DNA of 64,000 nucleotides. Source: an uncultured Chloroflexia bacterium (lineage in GTDB: Bacteria; Chloroflexota; Limnocylindria; QHBO01). The notes under the pieces are model-generated. The model was given only the letters and a program-made list of their open reading frames with translations. It did no database searches and was not told the DNA's origin. Below are positions 10,405 to 21,433 of the stretch, piece by piece; the first letter of the stretch is position 1; each line of letters starts with the position of its first letter. Both the position numbers and the translations under genes were made by a program. The DNA lies in contig CAWGTN010000003.1 in NCBI GenBank assembly GCA_963825525.1, positions 32,001-96,000 on the forward strand. Direction: 5' to 3'.

Positions 10405-11101
10405 TTAGGGGCCGTCGATGCCAGCCCCTGCCCGGCTGGGGTCGCGGTCGGCCAGCTCCCACGCATGGTCCATGGCGTGTTGGGCGGTGCGACGGATGAG
10501 GAAGCGCAGCGGCCACTTGCGCGCCGGCCGGTTCTCGGCGTGGTACTCGCGGATCGCTGCCACGTAGCGCTCGCGGAGCGCCGGCTAGCTCCTCCGGCGT
10601 GAGGCGGACCTCATCATCTTCGCGGATGGCCACTTTGCGCCAGAAGTTATGGCGTTCCGAGGCGTAGACGTGGCGGACGATCTGGTCCCGCTCACGCCCG
10701 CCGCCTCGTGGGCCCCTGCTCAGCGGTGCGGCGTCGCTCCCGACACGTCGTCGAAGTGCTCCCATGCCGCCTGCATGAGCCCGATCCGCCGCTCGAGCTC
10801 GTCATCGGCGAGTGGCTCCGCTTCGATGACGGACGGCACGTGGGCGATGCCCCACCAGTCGGTCGACGTATTGCCCGGGGTGCGCTCCACGATGTGCGGA
10901 ACGGCGCCTCGCTCGAACTCGGAACGGAGGCCGGCCCGCTCAGCGACCGGCGCATAGCGCGGCACGATATGCGAGCAGCTTCTCGACGGCCTCGTCCTCG
11001 GTCCGGCCCCAGCGTTCGAGTCCTGGCCAGTCCATGGCGGAGGCCACGACTCTCTTGCCCTTGGGGCCGATCTCGAGGAGGACGCGCAGTTGGTCCGTCA
11101 T
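10405..11101 (-). pseudogene. Conserved hypothetical protein (DinB-like C-terminus) interrupted by about three frameshifts
   Basis: Joined frames read MTDQLRVLLEIGPKGKRVVASAMDWPGLER../PRYAPVA../RGPRGGGRERDQIVRHV../KWPLRFLIRRTAQHAMDHAWEL; probably intact in vivo if the indels are read errors. Confidence 0.7.
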
Positions 11102-11169
11102 GCCCACAGGCTACCCTCGATCGACGGGAGTTCGCATGACTCCGATAGGCGATAGGCCATCTCCAGGAC

Positions 11170-11310
11170 CCGCGACTTGTCAAGTGCTCGCATGGTTCGC
11201 ATGGGCCGGCCGTGAGGGTCAAGTCGGCTCGGGTCCACGCTCCGGTGAAGGCGTACGAGGTCCCCGCAGCTCGCTAATGCGAACCTGGAGAGCATTTGGC
11301 AGGACCCGAA
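11170..11310. repeat. Intergenic repeat family A, copy 3
   Basis: GGTTCGCATGGGC 11194-11206 / GCTAATGCGAACC 11273-11285; closely similar to copy 1 along its length. Confidence 0.85.
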
Positions 11311-11319
11311 GCCCCTGGT

Positions 11320-11677
11320 TCAGCCGATGCCGGCGGCGCGATCCAGGTACTGCAGGAGCTCGTGGGCGGCCAGCTCGACCGCCTTGTGCCGCCACTCGGC
11401 GGCGCGGTAGTGGCAGGCGATGATGCCGCTGCGGTGGATCCGTCGAAAGTCGCCCATCACGAATGCGTATCGGCCCTTCGTCTCGTCCGTGGCGTCATCG
11501 GTCAGGCCGAGGTGCCAGTCGGCGTAGTCGTCCCAGGCGTGTGACTCCAGGTAGCGATTCTCGGCGTCGGCATCGGGCTGAACGTCGCCCCAGGTGCTGT
11601 CGAGGACGTACTGTCGGGCGTCGATGCGCTCCTTTGCGCGCGTCGACGGCCCGCGTGTTCACCGAATAGGAAGCCAT
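11320..11677 (-). CDS. Conserved hypothetical protein (frameshift near 11642)
   Basis: MASYSVN../AKERIDARQYVLDSTWGDVQP..WHLGLTDDATDETKGRYAFV.GDFRRIHRSG..AAEWRHK; GGAGG RBS. Confidence 0.7.
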
Positions 11678-11705
11678 GGCCTCCGCCCCTGCACAACCGC
11701 TGCCA

Positions 11706-12143
11706 TCAGGGCGACTCGCGGTAGGGGGCTCGCCAGTCGGGGGCGGGGAAGTCTTGAGCGAAATAGGCGCGGGAGCGGCTGATCCGTCCGTCGCGAACCT
11801 CGAAGATATTGAGCACCCACCACTGGGTGCCGTCCGGGTAGACCGCCCGGATGACCGCGGTGCCCCGCGTCCCCGTGCCCTCGACGCGAATCACGGTGTA
11901 TGACGGCGTGAGCGCGTAGGCCTCGTCGCTGATGACCTCCGCCAGCTGCGACGCGCCCGGATCCATGTCGGGGTAGTTCTCGAACTGCGCCCGGATCTGA
12001 GCGAGGCCACGGAACACTTCGCCGGATTGCGGGTACTCGAAAACCGCATCGTCCAGGAAGGCATCGTTCAGGCGATCCCAGTCCTGGCGCCCGATGGCAT
12101 CGGCCAGGGCGCTGATGACCGACTCGATCACGGATTCGCTCAC
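11706..12143 (-). CDS. SnoaL-like / NTF2-family protein
   Basis: DAVFEYPQSGEVFRG..FEVRDGRISRSRAYFAQDFPAPDWR. Confidence 0.85.
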   Translation of the reverse strand: MSESVIESVISALADAIGRQDWDRLNDAFLDDAVFEYPQSGEVFRGLAQIRAQFENYPDMDPGASQLAEVISDEAYALTPSYTVIRVEGTGTRGTAVIRAVYPDGTQWWVLNIFEVRDGRISRSRAYFAQDFPAPDWRAPYRESP

Positions 12144-12641
12144 GGCTTTGCCCCCTTCACCCTATCGCCGACTTGACCCACGGCCGCGGCCGGCACGGGG
12201 GCATCGATGGCCTTCACCTCGGCCGTGGAGAAGGCCGAGCGGCGCAGCGTCGCAAGGCTCCGCTCATGGACCTCGAGATACCTGCCGAGCGCCTGGCGGC
12301 GCACGTCCGCCGGCAGGTCTGTCCTGCGCCGACAGCTGCCGGTACCCGGCGTGCGTCATGTAGGCATCGACCACGGCGCGCAGATCTCCGGCAGGCATGA
12401 GCGTGGCGAGCTCGGGCAGCAGGCGCTCGAACGACGAGCGGTCGAGATCCGCGAGCAAGCCATGGTCGCGCCCGACAGAGATCGTCGTGCGATTCACGTC
12501 GAGCTCGAAGTAGACCGCCTTGGCCGCGTTGCGCGCCTGTCGCATGAACTGGCGGCGCTGGATGTAGAGGCCAACCAGCAGCCACCCCATCACGCCGACG
12601 AAGGAGCCAATGATTCCGGGGAGCAGATCGCGCCAGTCCAT
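12140..12641 (-). CDS. Hypothetical membrane-anchored protein (frameshift near 12320)
   Basis: MDWRDLLPGIIGSFVGVMGWLLVG TM; shifted frame DLPADVRRQALGRY.. ends at a TGA overlapping the next GTG. Confidence 0.6.
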
Positions 12642-12810
12642 CTTGGGCGGAGTATCGCGATGGGGACCGTCCCGCACAACGGGATTCTGCACAGGGGCAG
12701 GCGACCTACCCCGTCCTTCCTATTGCTCGGACGTCGGTCCCACGGTTTGGTTAGGCTGCCGATGCCGCGAGTGGCGAGAATCGCCCGGGCCGGCGATAGG
12801 AGGGACTCAG

Positions 12811-13498
12811 GTGGATCAACCACGAGGCTTTTCGGGGCGCTATCGCAGCGCGAGGAACCCGGTCGATGGTGGCAATCGGCGCACTCGGCCTGGTCGTGGC
12901 CGCGGCGTTGATCGGGGTCGCTCACACCATGACCGGGTTCGCCTTGATCGAGCGAGCCGAATCCGGGATGCTGGCGGTTGGCGAGGCGGAGGCATTCGAT
13001 GCGACGTCCGTGGGCATCGGCATTGGTTACCTCGCGGCCGGGGTCATTGCCGCGATCGCGTTCCTCGCGTGGCTGAGTCGGTCGGTCGACAACACGCCGT
13101 CGCTCGGCGGCGGCACGCCGGAGTTCACCCCGCGTTGGGCGATCGGCTGGTGGTTCGTGCCGATCGCGAACTTCTGGAAGCCCTACCAGGTCGTCCAGGA
13201 ACTGGACTACCGAATGGCGGCCGAGAAGCCGGTTGACTCGCGGCTCGTGGTCGTGTGGTGGTTGTTCTGGATCGGCGGCTCCATTGCCGCATTCATCTTC
13301 GTGCGGCTCCCCGAACCGACCAACCTCGAAGAGCTCTCATCGTGGTTCACCGCGAGTCTCGTCATCGATCTCGCGCAAGCAGTCGGAGCCGTGCTGGCGA
13401 TCCTGGTCGTCAGACGGATCCAGCGTCGAGCCAACGAGCGCGCGGCCTCGCTCGACGCACCCTCCGATCAACCGCTGGCGGCCGAACCCGCCGTCTGA
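12811..13498 (+). CDS. DUF4328-type membrane protein (probable frameshift near 12858)
   Basis: FLAWLSR..WAIGWWFVPIANFWKPYQVVQE; AGGAGG RBS before GTG 12811. Confidence 0.8.
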
Positions 13499-13528
13499 TA
13501 GCGGAGCGCCGGTAGTAGGCTTGGCGAC

Positions 13529-13861
13529 GTGATCAGCGAGGTGGTGCTCCAGGCATACGATGCGCTCGTGGCGACGCATCCGGAGCTCGAGCGCAAGGGC
13601 GCGACGATGCCCTACACGTCGCTCAACGGCCACATGTTCAGCTTCCTCACGCCCGATGGTGTGCTGGCGCTGCGGCTGTCGCCCGGAGATCGCGAGGCGT
13701 TCCTGGAGACGTACGCGACTCGGCCCGTCGAGCAGCACGGCGCGATCATGAAGGAGTACGTCGCGGTTCCGGCGGCGCTCCTCGATCAGCTGGACGCGCT
13801 CTCCCCCTGGTTTGACCGGAGCTGCGAGTACGCCGCTGGGCTGAAGCCCAAGAAGACCTGA
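13529..13861 (+). CDS. TfoX/Sxy N-terminal-like protein
   Basis: KGATMPYTSLNGHMFSFL..MKEYVAVP..YAAGLKPK. Confidence 0.7.
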   Translation: MISEVVLQAYDALVATHPELERKGATMPYTSLNGHMFSFLTPDGVLALRLSPGDREAFLETYATRPVEQHGAIMKEYVAVPAALLDQLDALSPWFDRSCEYAAGLKPKKT

Positions 13862-14049
13862 CGCACCGAGCCGCGGTGCTGGACGCGAGCGTCACCCTCG
13901 GCGGCAACCTCCTGCGCGGAACCCTGACAGGCGATTGTGCGTCTGCGGTCCATGGTATTCGGCGAGGACGCGAGCTACGCCGAACGGCCGCCGATGCTCG
14001 CGACAGTTGGCCGTCGCGGTCCGTTCGCGCTCCCGAGTAGACTCGCGCC

Positions 14050-14529
14050 ATGACTGCACCCGTGGCTTCAGATGCACCCATCCCGGCGTTCGCGCCGCTC
14101 CGCTACGTCGTCCACCTGATCATCGCGCTGGCGATCGCCGTGGTGAGCCCATTCACCGCCCTCGCCTGGCCGTTTGCCATCGGCGTCGGGATGGTGCTCG
14201 GATCGGGCCAGGCACGCCGTGAACGCGGAGAGACCTCGGGTCGCGGAGACGATCTGGCCACCGCGTTCATCGCAGCCATCGGGGTGATCGCGATGCTCTT
14301 CTTCGGCGCAATCATCGGCGGGATCATTGCCATCGTGGTCGTCGTGCTTGCCGCGTTCTCGGAGCGGGCCGCCGCGCACGCCTCGCCGATCGACCGCGGT
14401 GTCGCTCGAATTCTCGTGTTCCTCGTGCCGGCGGTCGCCTGGCTGGTCGTGTTCCCGCTGCTCGGGTTCACCGTCGACATTCGCTTCGGCGTCGTAACGC
14501 CCGCCGCAGTCCATACAATCGCTGGGTGA
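14050..14529 (+). CDS. Hypothetical membrane protein
   Basis: Several hydrophobic helices; TAGACT -10 box 6 nt upstream of the start. Confidence 0.7.
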   Translation: MTAPVASDAPIPAFAPLRYVVHLIIALAIAVVSPFTALAWPFAIGVGMVLGSGQARRERGETSGRGDDLATAFIAAIGVIAMLFFGAIIGGIIAIVVVVLAAFSERAAAHASPIDRGVARILVFLVPAVAWLVVFPLLGFTVDIRFGVVTPAAVHTIAG

Positions 14530-14879
14530 CACACGTCGAGAGCGTCGAGCCGATCTTCATGGTCTCCGACCTGGGATCGTCCGTTGCCCACTACCAGCGA
14601 CTTGGATTCCGCATCACCAACCACGACGAGCGGTACGCATTCGCTCATCGCGACCACGTGACCATCCATCTCGGGCAGTCGTCCGGCGGTGCTGGGGTAG
14701 TCGGCGGCGGATCCATCTTCCTCCACGTCGACGATCCCGACGCACTGGCCATCGAGTGGCGCATGGCCGGGGTGGTCGACGTCGTGGAGCCACGGGACAT
14801 GGAGTGGGGCATGCGCGAGGGATCCGTTCGTGATTCGGATGGAAACCTCATTCGCTTTGGGACAAGGCTCAGCCGCTGA
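14526..14879 (+). CDS. VOC/glyoxalase-bleomycin resistance family protein
   Basis: VSDLGSSVAHYQRLGF..WGMREGSVRDSDGNLIRFG. Confidence 0.88.
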   Translation: MTHVESVEPIFMVSDLGSSVAHYQRLGFRITNHDERYAFAHRDHVTIHLGQSSGGAGVVGGGSIFLHVDDPDALAIEWRMAGVVDVVEPRDMEWGMREGSVRDSDGNLIRFGTRLSR

Positions 14880-14926
14880 CGTGGTCACTGGCGCGTAGGG
14901 TTGAGACGCAGGTGGACAATCGGTCA

Positions 14927-16012
14927 ATGACAATCGATCGGGGCGCGCAGGCCGCCACGGTGGGTCTCCTCTTCCTCTTCATCGGCGGCTGCGCAGCTGC
15001 GCCCGATCCGACCGTCACCGCCACGGCCGGGTCCCCGTCGGCAACGACTCGACCGTCATCGGCTGAGCCGTCGGCGACTACAGCCCCGACTCCCGAGGCC
15101 GAGCCCACCTACGTCGTCGAGACGTATCCCGTGCCGGCCGGCTCGCGGCCGCACGACGTGGCGCCGGCCAACGACGGCGGCGTCTGGTACACGGCCCAGG
15201 GCAGCGGCAAGCTGGGGTGGCTCGATCCGGAGACGGGCGAGGTCCGCGAAACTGCACTGGGGTCGGGATCGGCACCGCATGGGGTGATCGTCGGCCCGGA
15301 CGGAGCGCCGTGGGTCACCGACGGCGGTCAGAACGCAATCGTGCGCGTTGATCCGGAGTCGAATGCGGTCGACGTGTTCCCGCTTCCGGCGTCCGCCCCG
15401 AACGCGAACCTCAACACCGGAGCATTCGACGCCGATGGCGTGCTGTGGTTCACCGGCCAGGCCGGCTGGTACGGGCGACTCGACCCTGCCACCCGATCTC
15501 TCGAGGTCTTTGCCGCGCCCCGTGGCCCAGGTCCCTACGGGATCACGGCCACGCCCGACGGTGAGGTCTACTACAGCTCGCTCGCCGGCAGCTACCTCGC
15601 CGCGGTCGATCGAGGCACGGGCGAGGTGCGCGTCATCGACCCGCCGACGGCCGACGCGGGTCTCCGGCGCGCCTGGTCGGACAGCAGCGGGGTGCTCTGG
15701 GTCAGCGAGTGGAACGCGGGACAGCTGGCCCGATACGACCCCGAGACCGATGCCTGGCGGGAGTGGCCGCTCCCTGGTGACGATCCACATGCCTACGCGG
15801 TATTCGTCGATGACACCGATACCGTGTGGCTCACCGACTTCGGCGGCAACGCCATCGTGCGATTCGACCCGAACACCGAGACCTTCACCAGCTTCCCGGC
15901 AGATAGCCAGCCGGCCGAGGTCCGCCAGCTGCTCGGACGTTCGGGCGAGGTGTGGGGCGCCGAGTCGGCCGCAGATCAGCTGGTCGTCGTCCGAACCCTG
16001 GACGGCCCCTGA
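14927..16012 (+). CDS. Virginiamycin B lyase (Vgb)-like beta-propeller lipoprotein
   Basis: PHDVAP..GVWYTAQ, PHGVIVGPDGAPWVTD, PYGITATPDG repeats; LFIGGC lipobox plus Pro/Thr linker. Confidence 0.85.
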   Translation: MTIDRGAQAATVGLLFLFIGGCAAAPDPTVTATAGSPSATTRPSSAEPSATTAPTPEAEPTYVVETYPVPAGSRPHDVAPANDGGVWYTAQGSGKLGWLDPETGEVRETALGSGSAPHGVIVGPDGAPWVTDGGQNAIVRVDPESNAVDVFPLPASAPNANLNTGAFDADGVLWFTGQAGWYGRLDPATRSLEVFAAPRGPGPYGITATPDGEVYYSSLAGSYLAAVDRGTGEVRVIDPPTADAGLRRAWSDSSGVLWVSEWNAGQLARYDPETDAWREWPLPGDDPHAYAVFVDDTDTVWLTDFGGNAIVRFDPNTETFTSFPADSQPAEVRQLLGRSGEVWGAESAADQLVVVRTLDGP

Positions 16013-16041
16013 ACTCGCCGCGGGCGCATTTGGGTGCCTGT

Positions 16042-16181
16042 GGGGAGTATCGGCCAGGACTTGGCCGAATTGTTCCGCCGGTGAGCGCGATAGCCAGGCT
16101 GACGGGCGCAAATCGGCTCATCTTGGCCAACCGTGGCCCGGAGATGGGAGAATCGGCCAGAACGTGGCCGTTAGTCCCACC
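16042..16181. repeat. Intergenic repeat family C, copy 1
   Basis: GGGGAGTATCGGCCAGGACTTGGCCGA...ATCGGCCAGAACGTGGCCGTTAGTCCCACC; homologous to 18004-18144. Confidence 0.8.
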
Positions 16182-16386
16182 CACGGCAGAGGGTCCACGC
16201 GGCTCCGGACCGTATCACCGAACCTCCGTCAGCGTCGCCTCCCTCGATCGGCTCCAGGATGACCACGGCAGTCTCGTCGTGGCAGAAGGACGCGGGCCTG
16301 GAGCCACGGAAGCCGATGCGACTCATCATGGGCCAGGGGCCGGTGCTCCAGATTGCGGAGCGCCGCTGATTTCGCGGTTTGCTCTG

Positions 16387-16550
16387 TCAGGCCGGTTCGC
16401 CGACCACCTCGTATTCGCTCTGCACCAGGCCGGTTGCGAAGTCGCTGGTCCGAACGTGGCGCAGGCGAATGTCGCCAGGCAACTCGCCGAACAGGGGCTT
16501 GCCGGCCCCGAGAAGGATCGGGATGCGGGTGACGATCAGGCGGCGGACAC
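16387..16550 (-). pseudogene. C-terminal remnant of a RibD/dihydrofolate reductase family gene
   Basis: LIVTRIPILLGAGKPLFG..GLVQSEYEV; N-terminal part absent. Confidence 0.65.
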
Positions 16551-16647
16551 CTCGGTCGCCATCGCTTGTTGGCATCGTCCCCGCTTGTCGGGCCTCAGTC
16601 CTCGGCCGATGCGCTCACTGCCGCCTACGTCATGCGTCGAAGCGAGT

Positions 16648-17120
16648 CTAGAGATAGCCCTCCGGCACCGGGCCGATGATCTCGAGGCTGTGGCGTTCGG
16701 CGATCGCGGCGAGTGCCGCCTCATCAGTCTCCCCATCGGCGATGGCGTCGCTCAGCTCATCGAAGTATCCAGTCATCGCACCTGGCGCGTAGAGGTTGAG
16801 CTTCCGGCTCTGGACGGACCCCACCCGGAAGCCATGCGGGTGCCCTGCGGGATGTAGATGAAGCTGCCTGCCGGGCAGACGTACTCCTCGTCGCCGATGA
16901 AGATGATGTACTCGCCGGCGAGCACGTAGAACGCCTCGGCGCAGTCATGGTGGATGTGCATCGGGGGACCGAAGCCGGGAGGCTCATCGGCTTCAAGCAG
17001 CGTGAAGGCTCCGTCCGTGTCATCGGCGGCGGACTTGAGCGACATGGCGAAGTTGCCCAGGTCGATGGCGCGACCCTCGCCGGGACGCAGAACATAGGGC
17101 CGCTCGTTTGGTCCGGTCAT
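16648..17120 (-). CDS. Cupin domain protein (one-base deletion near 16838)
   Basis: GPPMHIHHDCAEAFYVL..IPQGT/HGFRVGSVQSRKLNLYAPGAM..GPVPEGYL stop. Confidence 0.82.
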
Positions 17121-17184
17121 GAATCCTCCTTCGGAAGCCGGTAGGTCAGACCCCGAATACGGTATTCGCGCCAGTCAACACGCA

Positions 17185-17586
17185 TTACGATGCGGCAGGA
17201 ATGACGTGGCAGATCCCCGACGGATCGCAGTCACGTGGTTCCAGGCGCTGCGCGCGCTTCCCAAGTCGCGCGAGCTCGCCTTCAAGGCGCCGCAGTTCGG
17301 CGATTCGCGCCTTCACATCCGCGTGGCGACGCTCGATGAGCTCGGTCACGACCCGGCACGGCGCGCCCCCCGCGTCGCGGACGGTGATCACCTGGGCGAC
17401 CTCGGCGAGGGTCAGGCCAACCGCCTGCGCGGCACGGATGAAGCCGAGCCGATCCACCGCATCGGCACCGTATGACCGATAGCCGGACTCCGTCCGTTCG
17501 GGTGGCATGAGCAGGCCGCGCTGCTCGTAGTAGCGAAGGGCGGTGGCCGGGACCCCGCTTCGGCGTGACAGTTCTCCAATTCGCAC
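17185..17586 (-). CDS. MerR-family heavy-metal-responsive regulator
   Basis: RIGELSRRSGV..LRYYEQRGLL..GYRSY; Cys in GAPC and DCDPSGICH. Confidence 0.9.
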   Translation of the reverse strand: MRIGELSRRSGVPATALRYYEQRGLLMPPERTESGYRSYGADAVDRLGFIRAAQAVGLTLAEVAQVITVRDAGGAPCRVVTELIERRHADVKARIAELRRLEGELARLGKRAQRLEPRDCDPSGICHVIPAAS

Positions 17587-17604
17587 GCATCCACGATACG
17601 CCGC

Positions 17605-17636
17605 TTGACATTCGAGTGCGGTAGAAGGTCCAGGAT
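17605..17636 (+). promoter_or_regulatory. MerR-type long-spacer promoter
   Basis: TTGACA-20 nt-CAGGAT with an imperfect dyad ACATTC..GAAGGT, divergent from merR. Confidence 0.7.
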
Positions 17637-17672
17637 ACGGGGAGGGGCGAAGTGGTGACACGAGGATGAGCT

Positions 17673-17942
17673 GTGACGATGAGCAATGACACCGAGGATG
17701 CCGTCCGCGCCTGGAACGCGGCCGCCGACCGGCTGCCACCCGGATGGAGCCTCGACGGCGTCCGGTGCACGTCGACCGGCCTTGCCCCCGGAGAGCGTGG
17801 CGATCAGTGGCGCGCCGTGGCGGTGAACGCGGATGGAACCTCGCTCGACGCCACGGCGGGCGATCCCCAGGCGGCTCTGAACGAGTTAGTCGCGAGGCTC
17901 GCCGAGCGCCGTCCCGATCAAGGGGCGCCCGGGGCGACGTAG
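17673..17942 (+). CDS. Small hypothetical protein under the MerR-type promoter
   Basis: 89-aa ORF LPPGWSLDGVRCTSTGL..WRAVA. Confidence 0.65.
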   Translation: MTMSNDTEDAVRAWNAAADRLPPGWSLDGVRCTSTGLAPGERGDQWRAVAVNADGTSLDATAGDPQAALNELVARLAERRPDQGAPGAT

Positions 17943-18003
17943 GCCGCCGCCTGAGGTACGGTCCACCACCAGGAGCCGCTCTAGCTGGCCGCTGGTCCGG
18001 TCC

Positions 18004-18144
18004 GGGGAGTATCGGCCAGGAAGTGGCCGATCTGGTCACCACTTGACAGCAACAGCCAGGCTGCGGGACGGATCGTGCCTTCATGTTGGCCGATTGCCAT
18101 CCACACGCGGGAGGATCGGCCAGAGAGTGGCCGCTAGTCCCACC
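18004..18144. repeat. Intergenic repeat family C, copy 2
   Basis: GGGGAGTATCGGCCAGGAAGTGGCCGA...ATCGGCCAGAGAGTGGCCGCTAGTCCCACC. Confidence 0.8.
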
Positions 18145-18236
18145 GGGCGGGAGTGGCGCGCTGGGGTGTAGCCATCCCGTTGGCCACGCGCAGCACGTTG
18201 AGGGTGCTCAACGACCCAAGCCGAGCCGTATCATCC

Positions 18237-21072
18237 GTGGCCTCCGAGCAATGGGAAGCACCACCTGTGCCGCCGATCGTAGGTCGCGAGCGCGAGTTGA
18301 GCCTGGTCCGCCGGTTCCTTGAGGATGTCGGGGAGCGTGCGGGCGCACTCCACCTGCACGGCGAGGCGGGGATCGGCAAGAGCACGCTGTGGAGCGCGGC
18401 CATCGCGGACGCCGATGGGATGGGGTTCCGCGTTGTCACGACGCGGCCGACCCAGGCGGAGGGTCGGCTCCCCTTCGCCGGCCTGAACGACCTGTTCGGC
18501 GACCTCGTCGACGAGGTCGCGCTCGACATGCCAGCCCCACAGCGAGCTGCGCTCGATGTCGCCTTCCTGAGGTCCGCAGCGGAGGACTCCATCCCGGAGC
18601 CGCTTGCGATCTCGCTTGCCGTGTTGACGCTGCTCCGCGGCGCAGCTGAGCGCAAGCCGCTCATCCTTGCGATCGACGATGCCCCGTGGCTCGACGAGTC
18701 GACCGCGTCGGTCCTCGAGTTCGCGCTTAGGCGGCTCGAGCACGAGCGAATCGGCGTGCTGGTGGCAGAGCGAACCGTCGGCGGCAAGATTGAGGCACAC
18801 ATCGTGTCGGCCATGCCCGCCGAGCGAGTGAACGAACTCCGAGTGGCCCCACTCACCAAGGCCGCTACCGAACGCCTGCTCGCATCGGTCCTCGACCTCG
18901 AGCTGCCGCCAAGCACGGCCGCGCGGGTGCATCGAACATCCGGCGGCAATCCGTTCTACGCGGTCGAGATCGGGCGAGCGCTGCAGCGTCGAGGTGACCT
19001 TCGCCTCGAAGGCGACCTCCTCCCGGTGCCCGACTCGCTCTCCGAGCTCCTCCGGGATCGGCTCGATGAGCTCTCGGCCGTCGCATCGGATGTCGTCGAG
19101 ATCGCATCGGCGCTGTCGCGTCCGACCAGGCAGCTGCTCTCCGCCCTGATGGGTACCTCCGAAACCGATGCGGGCCTGCAGGAGGCGGTTGCGGCACGCG
19201 TCGTCCAATTGGAGGGCGACGCCATCCGGTTCACCCATCCGCTGCTCGCCGCCGAGCTGTACGCCGGGCTGGGTGATACGCGACGACGTGAGCTCCATCG
19301 GCGACTCGCCGGCCTCGTGTCCGAGCCCGAGGAGCGCGCGCGACACGTCGCCCTGGCAGCCGATGGCCCCGACGAGGCGGTCGCCGCCGAGCTCGAGGTT
19401 GCGGCCGAACGGGCCTACGCCCGAGGGGCACCCGACGCAGCGGCCGATTTCGCCGAGCAGGCGCTGTCGCTCACGCCGGTGCCCGAGGTTCGCGCGCGGC
19501 GTCTCCAGGTTGTCGCTCGCTACCACGTGCCGGCCGGCGACCTCACGCGAGCCGGGGAGCGGCTGGAGGAGGCGCTTGCCATGGCGCCGGCGGGCGAGGC
19601 CCGGGCCGAGATCCTCCTGCGTCTCGCGGAGGTTCGGCTCCTCACCGGCGATTGGCTCGCGGCCGAGCACCTGCTGGATGAGGCGCTGACCCTGGCTGGC
19701 GGCAGCCCACACCTGGAGATCGAGATCCGACTTCAACTCGGAGGTGTTGCCCACATCACCACGCGCCGCTGGACGGCCGGGGCCAAGCACGTGACCGAGG
19801 CCATGCGCATTGCCGAGGCTCTCGGCGATCCCGCGATGCTGGCCCGGACGATCGGTCCATACGCCACGTGGCGCTATCTCACCGGCGCCGGGATTCCGGC
19901 CGGCATCGAGAATCGGGCGGCCGAGCTGGAGCCGTGGACCAGCCACCTGCGAGCCATGGACCATCCGACGTTTGACTTCGCCGGTCTGCGCTGGCGCGAG
20001 GGGGATGTCGCCGGCTTTCGCGAGCTGGAACAGGCCCTGCTCGACCGAGCCGAGCGCAACGGCGATTACTCGAGCATCCCGTTCCTGCTCGGCAATCTCG
20101 TTCGTGCGGATCTTGCCGAAGGCAGGCCCGATGTCGCCGTTGATCGGCTCGAGCGCGCGGAGCGGCTGGCCAGAGCTACCGGTCAGGCGACCGGCTTGGC
20201 GCATGTTCTCCTGTATCGGACGCTCATGCTCGCGCGCCTCGGCCGGCCCGACGAAGCGTGGGAAGTTGGTCGCGGTTGCCTCGACCTCATCGCAAGGACC
20301 GGCTGGAATGTCGGGGAGCCCGGTGTCCGGATCGAGCTTGCGTTGCTCGAGCTGTCCCGCCGGGATGCGGCCCGGGCGCTCGAGGTTCTCGAGCCGTTCG
20401 GGACGCTGCCGACCATGCGTGGCAGCCCATGGGTCGTGTGGCACGGGGCGGTGTATGCCGAGGCCCTCATCGGCGTGGGGCGGCTCGACGAGGCGAGAGC
20501 CCTGTTGCAGGAATGGACCCGCCGTGCGCCGATGCGACGATCGGCTACCCAGATGCGCCACGTGGTCCGCGCCCGGGCACTCCTGGAGGCGGCGGCCGGC
20601 AACGTTGATGCCGCGGCCGAGCTGCTTGCATCGGCCCAGGCGGCCTTCGATGCATCCGGCAACCGATGGGGCCTGGCGCGCACCGCACTGCTGGCCGGCG
20701 AGATTCATCGCCGCGCGCGCCGGCGGAGCATCGCCAGGGCGGCCCTCGAGCAGGCCGAGCGGACTGTTCGGCGAGCTTGGCTCGGTCCTGTGGGCGGCGC
20801 ACGCGCGCGACCAGCTGCAGAGGATCGGCGCGGGCAGAGACGAGGTTGGTGGACTGACGCCGACACAGCACCAGGTCGCTGAGCTCGCGGTGGATGGGCT
20901 GACGAATCGGCAGATCGGCGACCGATTGTTCATGAGTGTGCACACCGTCGAGGCACATCTCAGCGCGGTCTATCGAGCGCTCGAGATCGGGGGCAGGCGC
21001 GAGCTGGGACCGGCGCTCGAAGGGCGGGCAGGTGCTGTCGGCGCGGCCGAAGCTTTGCCGAAGCAGGATTGA
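18237..21072 (+). CDS. Large ATP-binding LuxR regulator (AAA-TPR-HTH; frameshift near 20762)
   Basis: VGRERE, GEAGIGKS Walker A, LAIDDAPWLD, GGNPFY; LuxR HTH LTPTQHQVAELAVDGLTNRQIG is in the shifted frame. Confidence 0.88.
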
Positions 21073-21079
21073 GGCGCCG

Positions 21080-21346
21080 CTAGGCGCTGCGGCGGATCTC
21101 CGCGCTGAGGCCGAGCAGCTGCGGATCCGCCATGAATGCGGTCACGGCGCGCTCGCCGAGCGTGGCAAGGGCAGCCGTGAGCGCGATTCGTGGCGTGGCA
21201 CCGATCCCGACCTCGGGCTCGCCTCCGAAGTCGGCGACTGCCAGCCACCGACCGTCGAGCTGACGGAGCCGTAGGTCGACGTCAAGGCCCAGCTCGGTCG
21301 AGGTCAGGCGGGTGTTGACGCTGATAAGGTGGGGCGGCTGATCCAT
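21080..21346 (-). CDS. Small hypothetical protein
   Basis: MDQPPHL..VDLRLRQLDGRWLAVADF..GIGATPRIAL; codon usage plausible. Confidence 0.6.
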   Translation of the reverse strand: MDQPPHLISVNTRLTSTELGLDVDLRLRQLDGRWLAVADFGGEPEVGIGATPRIALTAALATLGERAVTAFMADPQLLGLSAEIRRSA

Positions 21347-21433
21347 GCCCGGACTGTGGGCCACCATTGCGACAGCTTGCCGGTCACGAATTCCCGTTCG
21401 AGCCGCGCGACCTCGTTCCCGGGAGGACGCACC

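Noticed and set aside
18231-20945. 904-aa minus-strand ORF and similar long ORFs (e.g. 36156-38594 extension, 46279-47787, 40770-42104)
   Set aside because: Antisense or alternate-frame shadows of recognisable genes, expected at high GC
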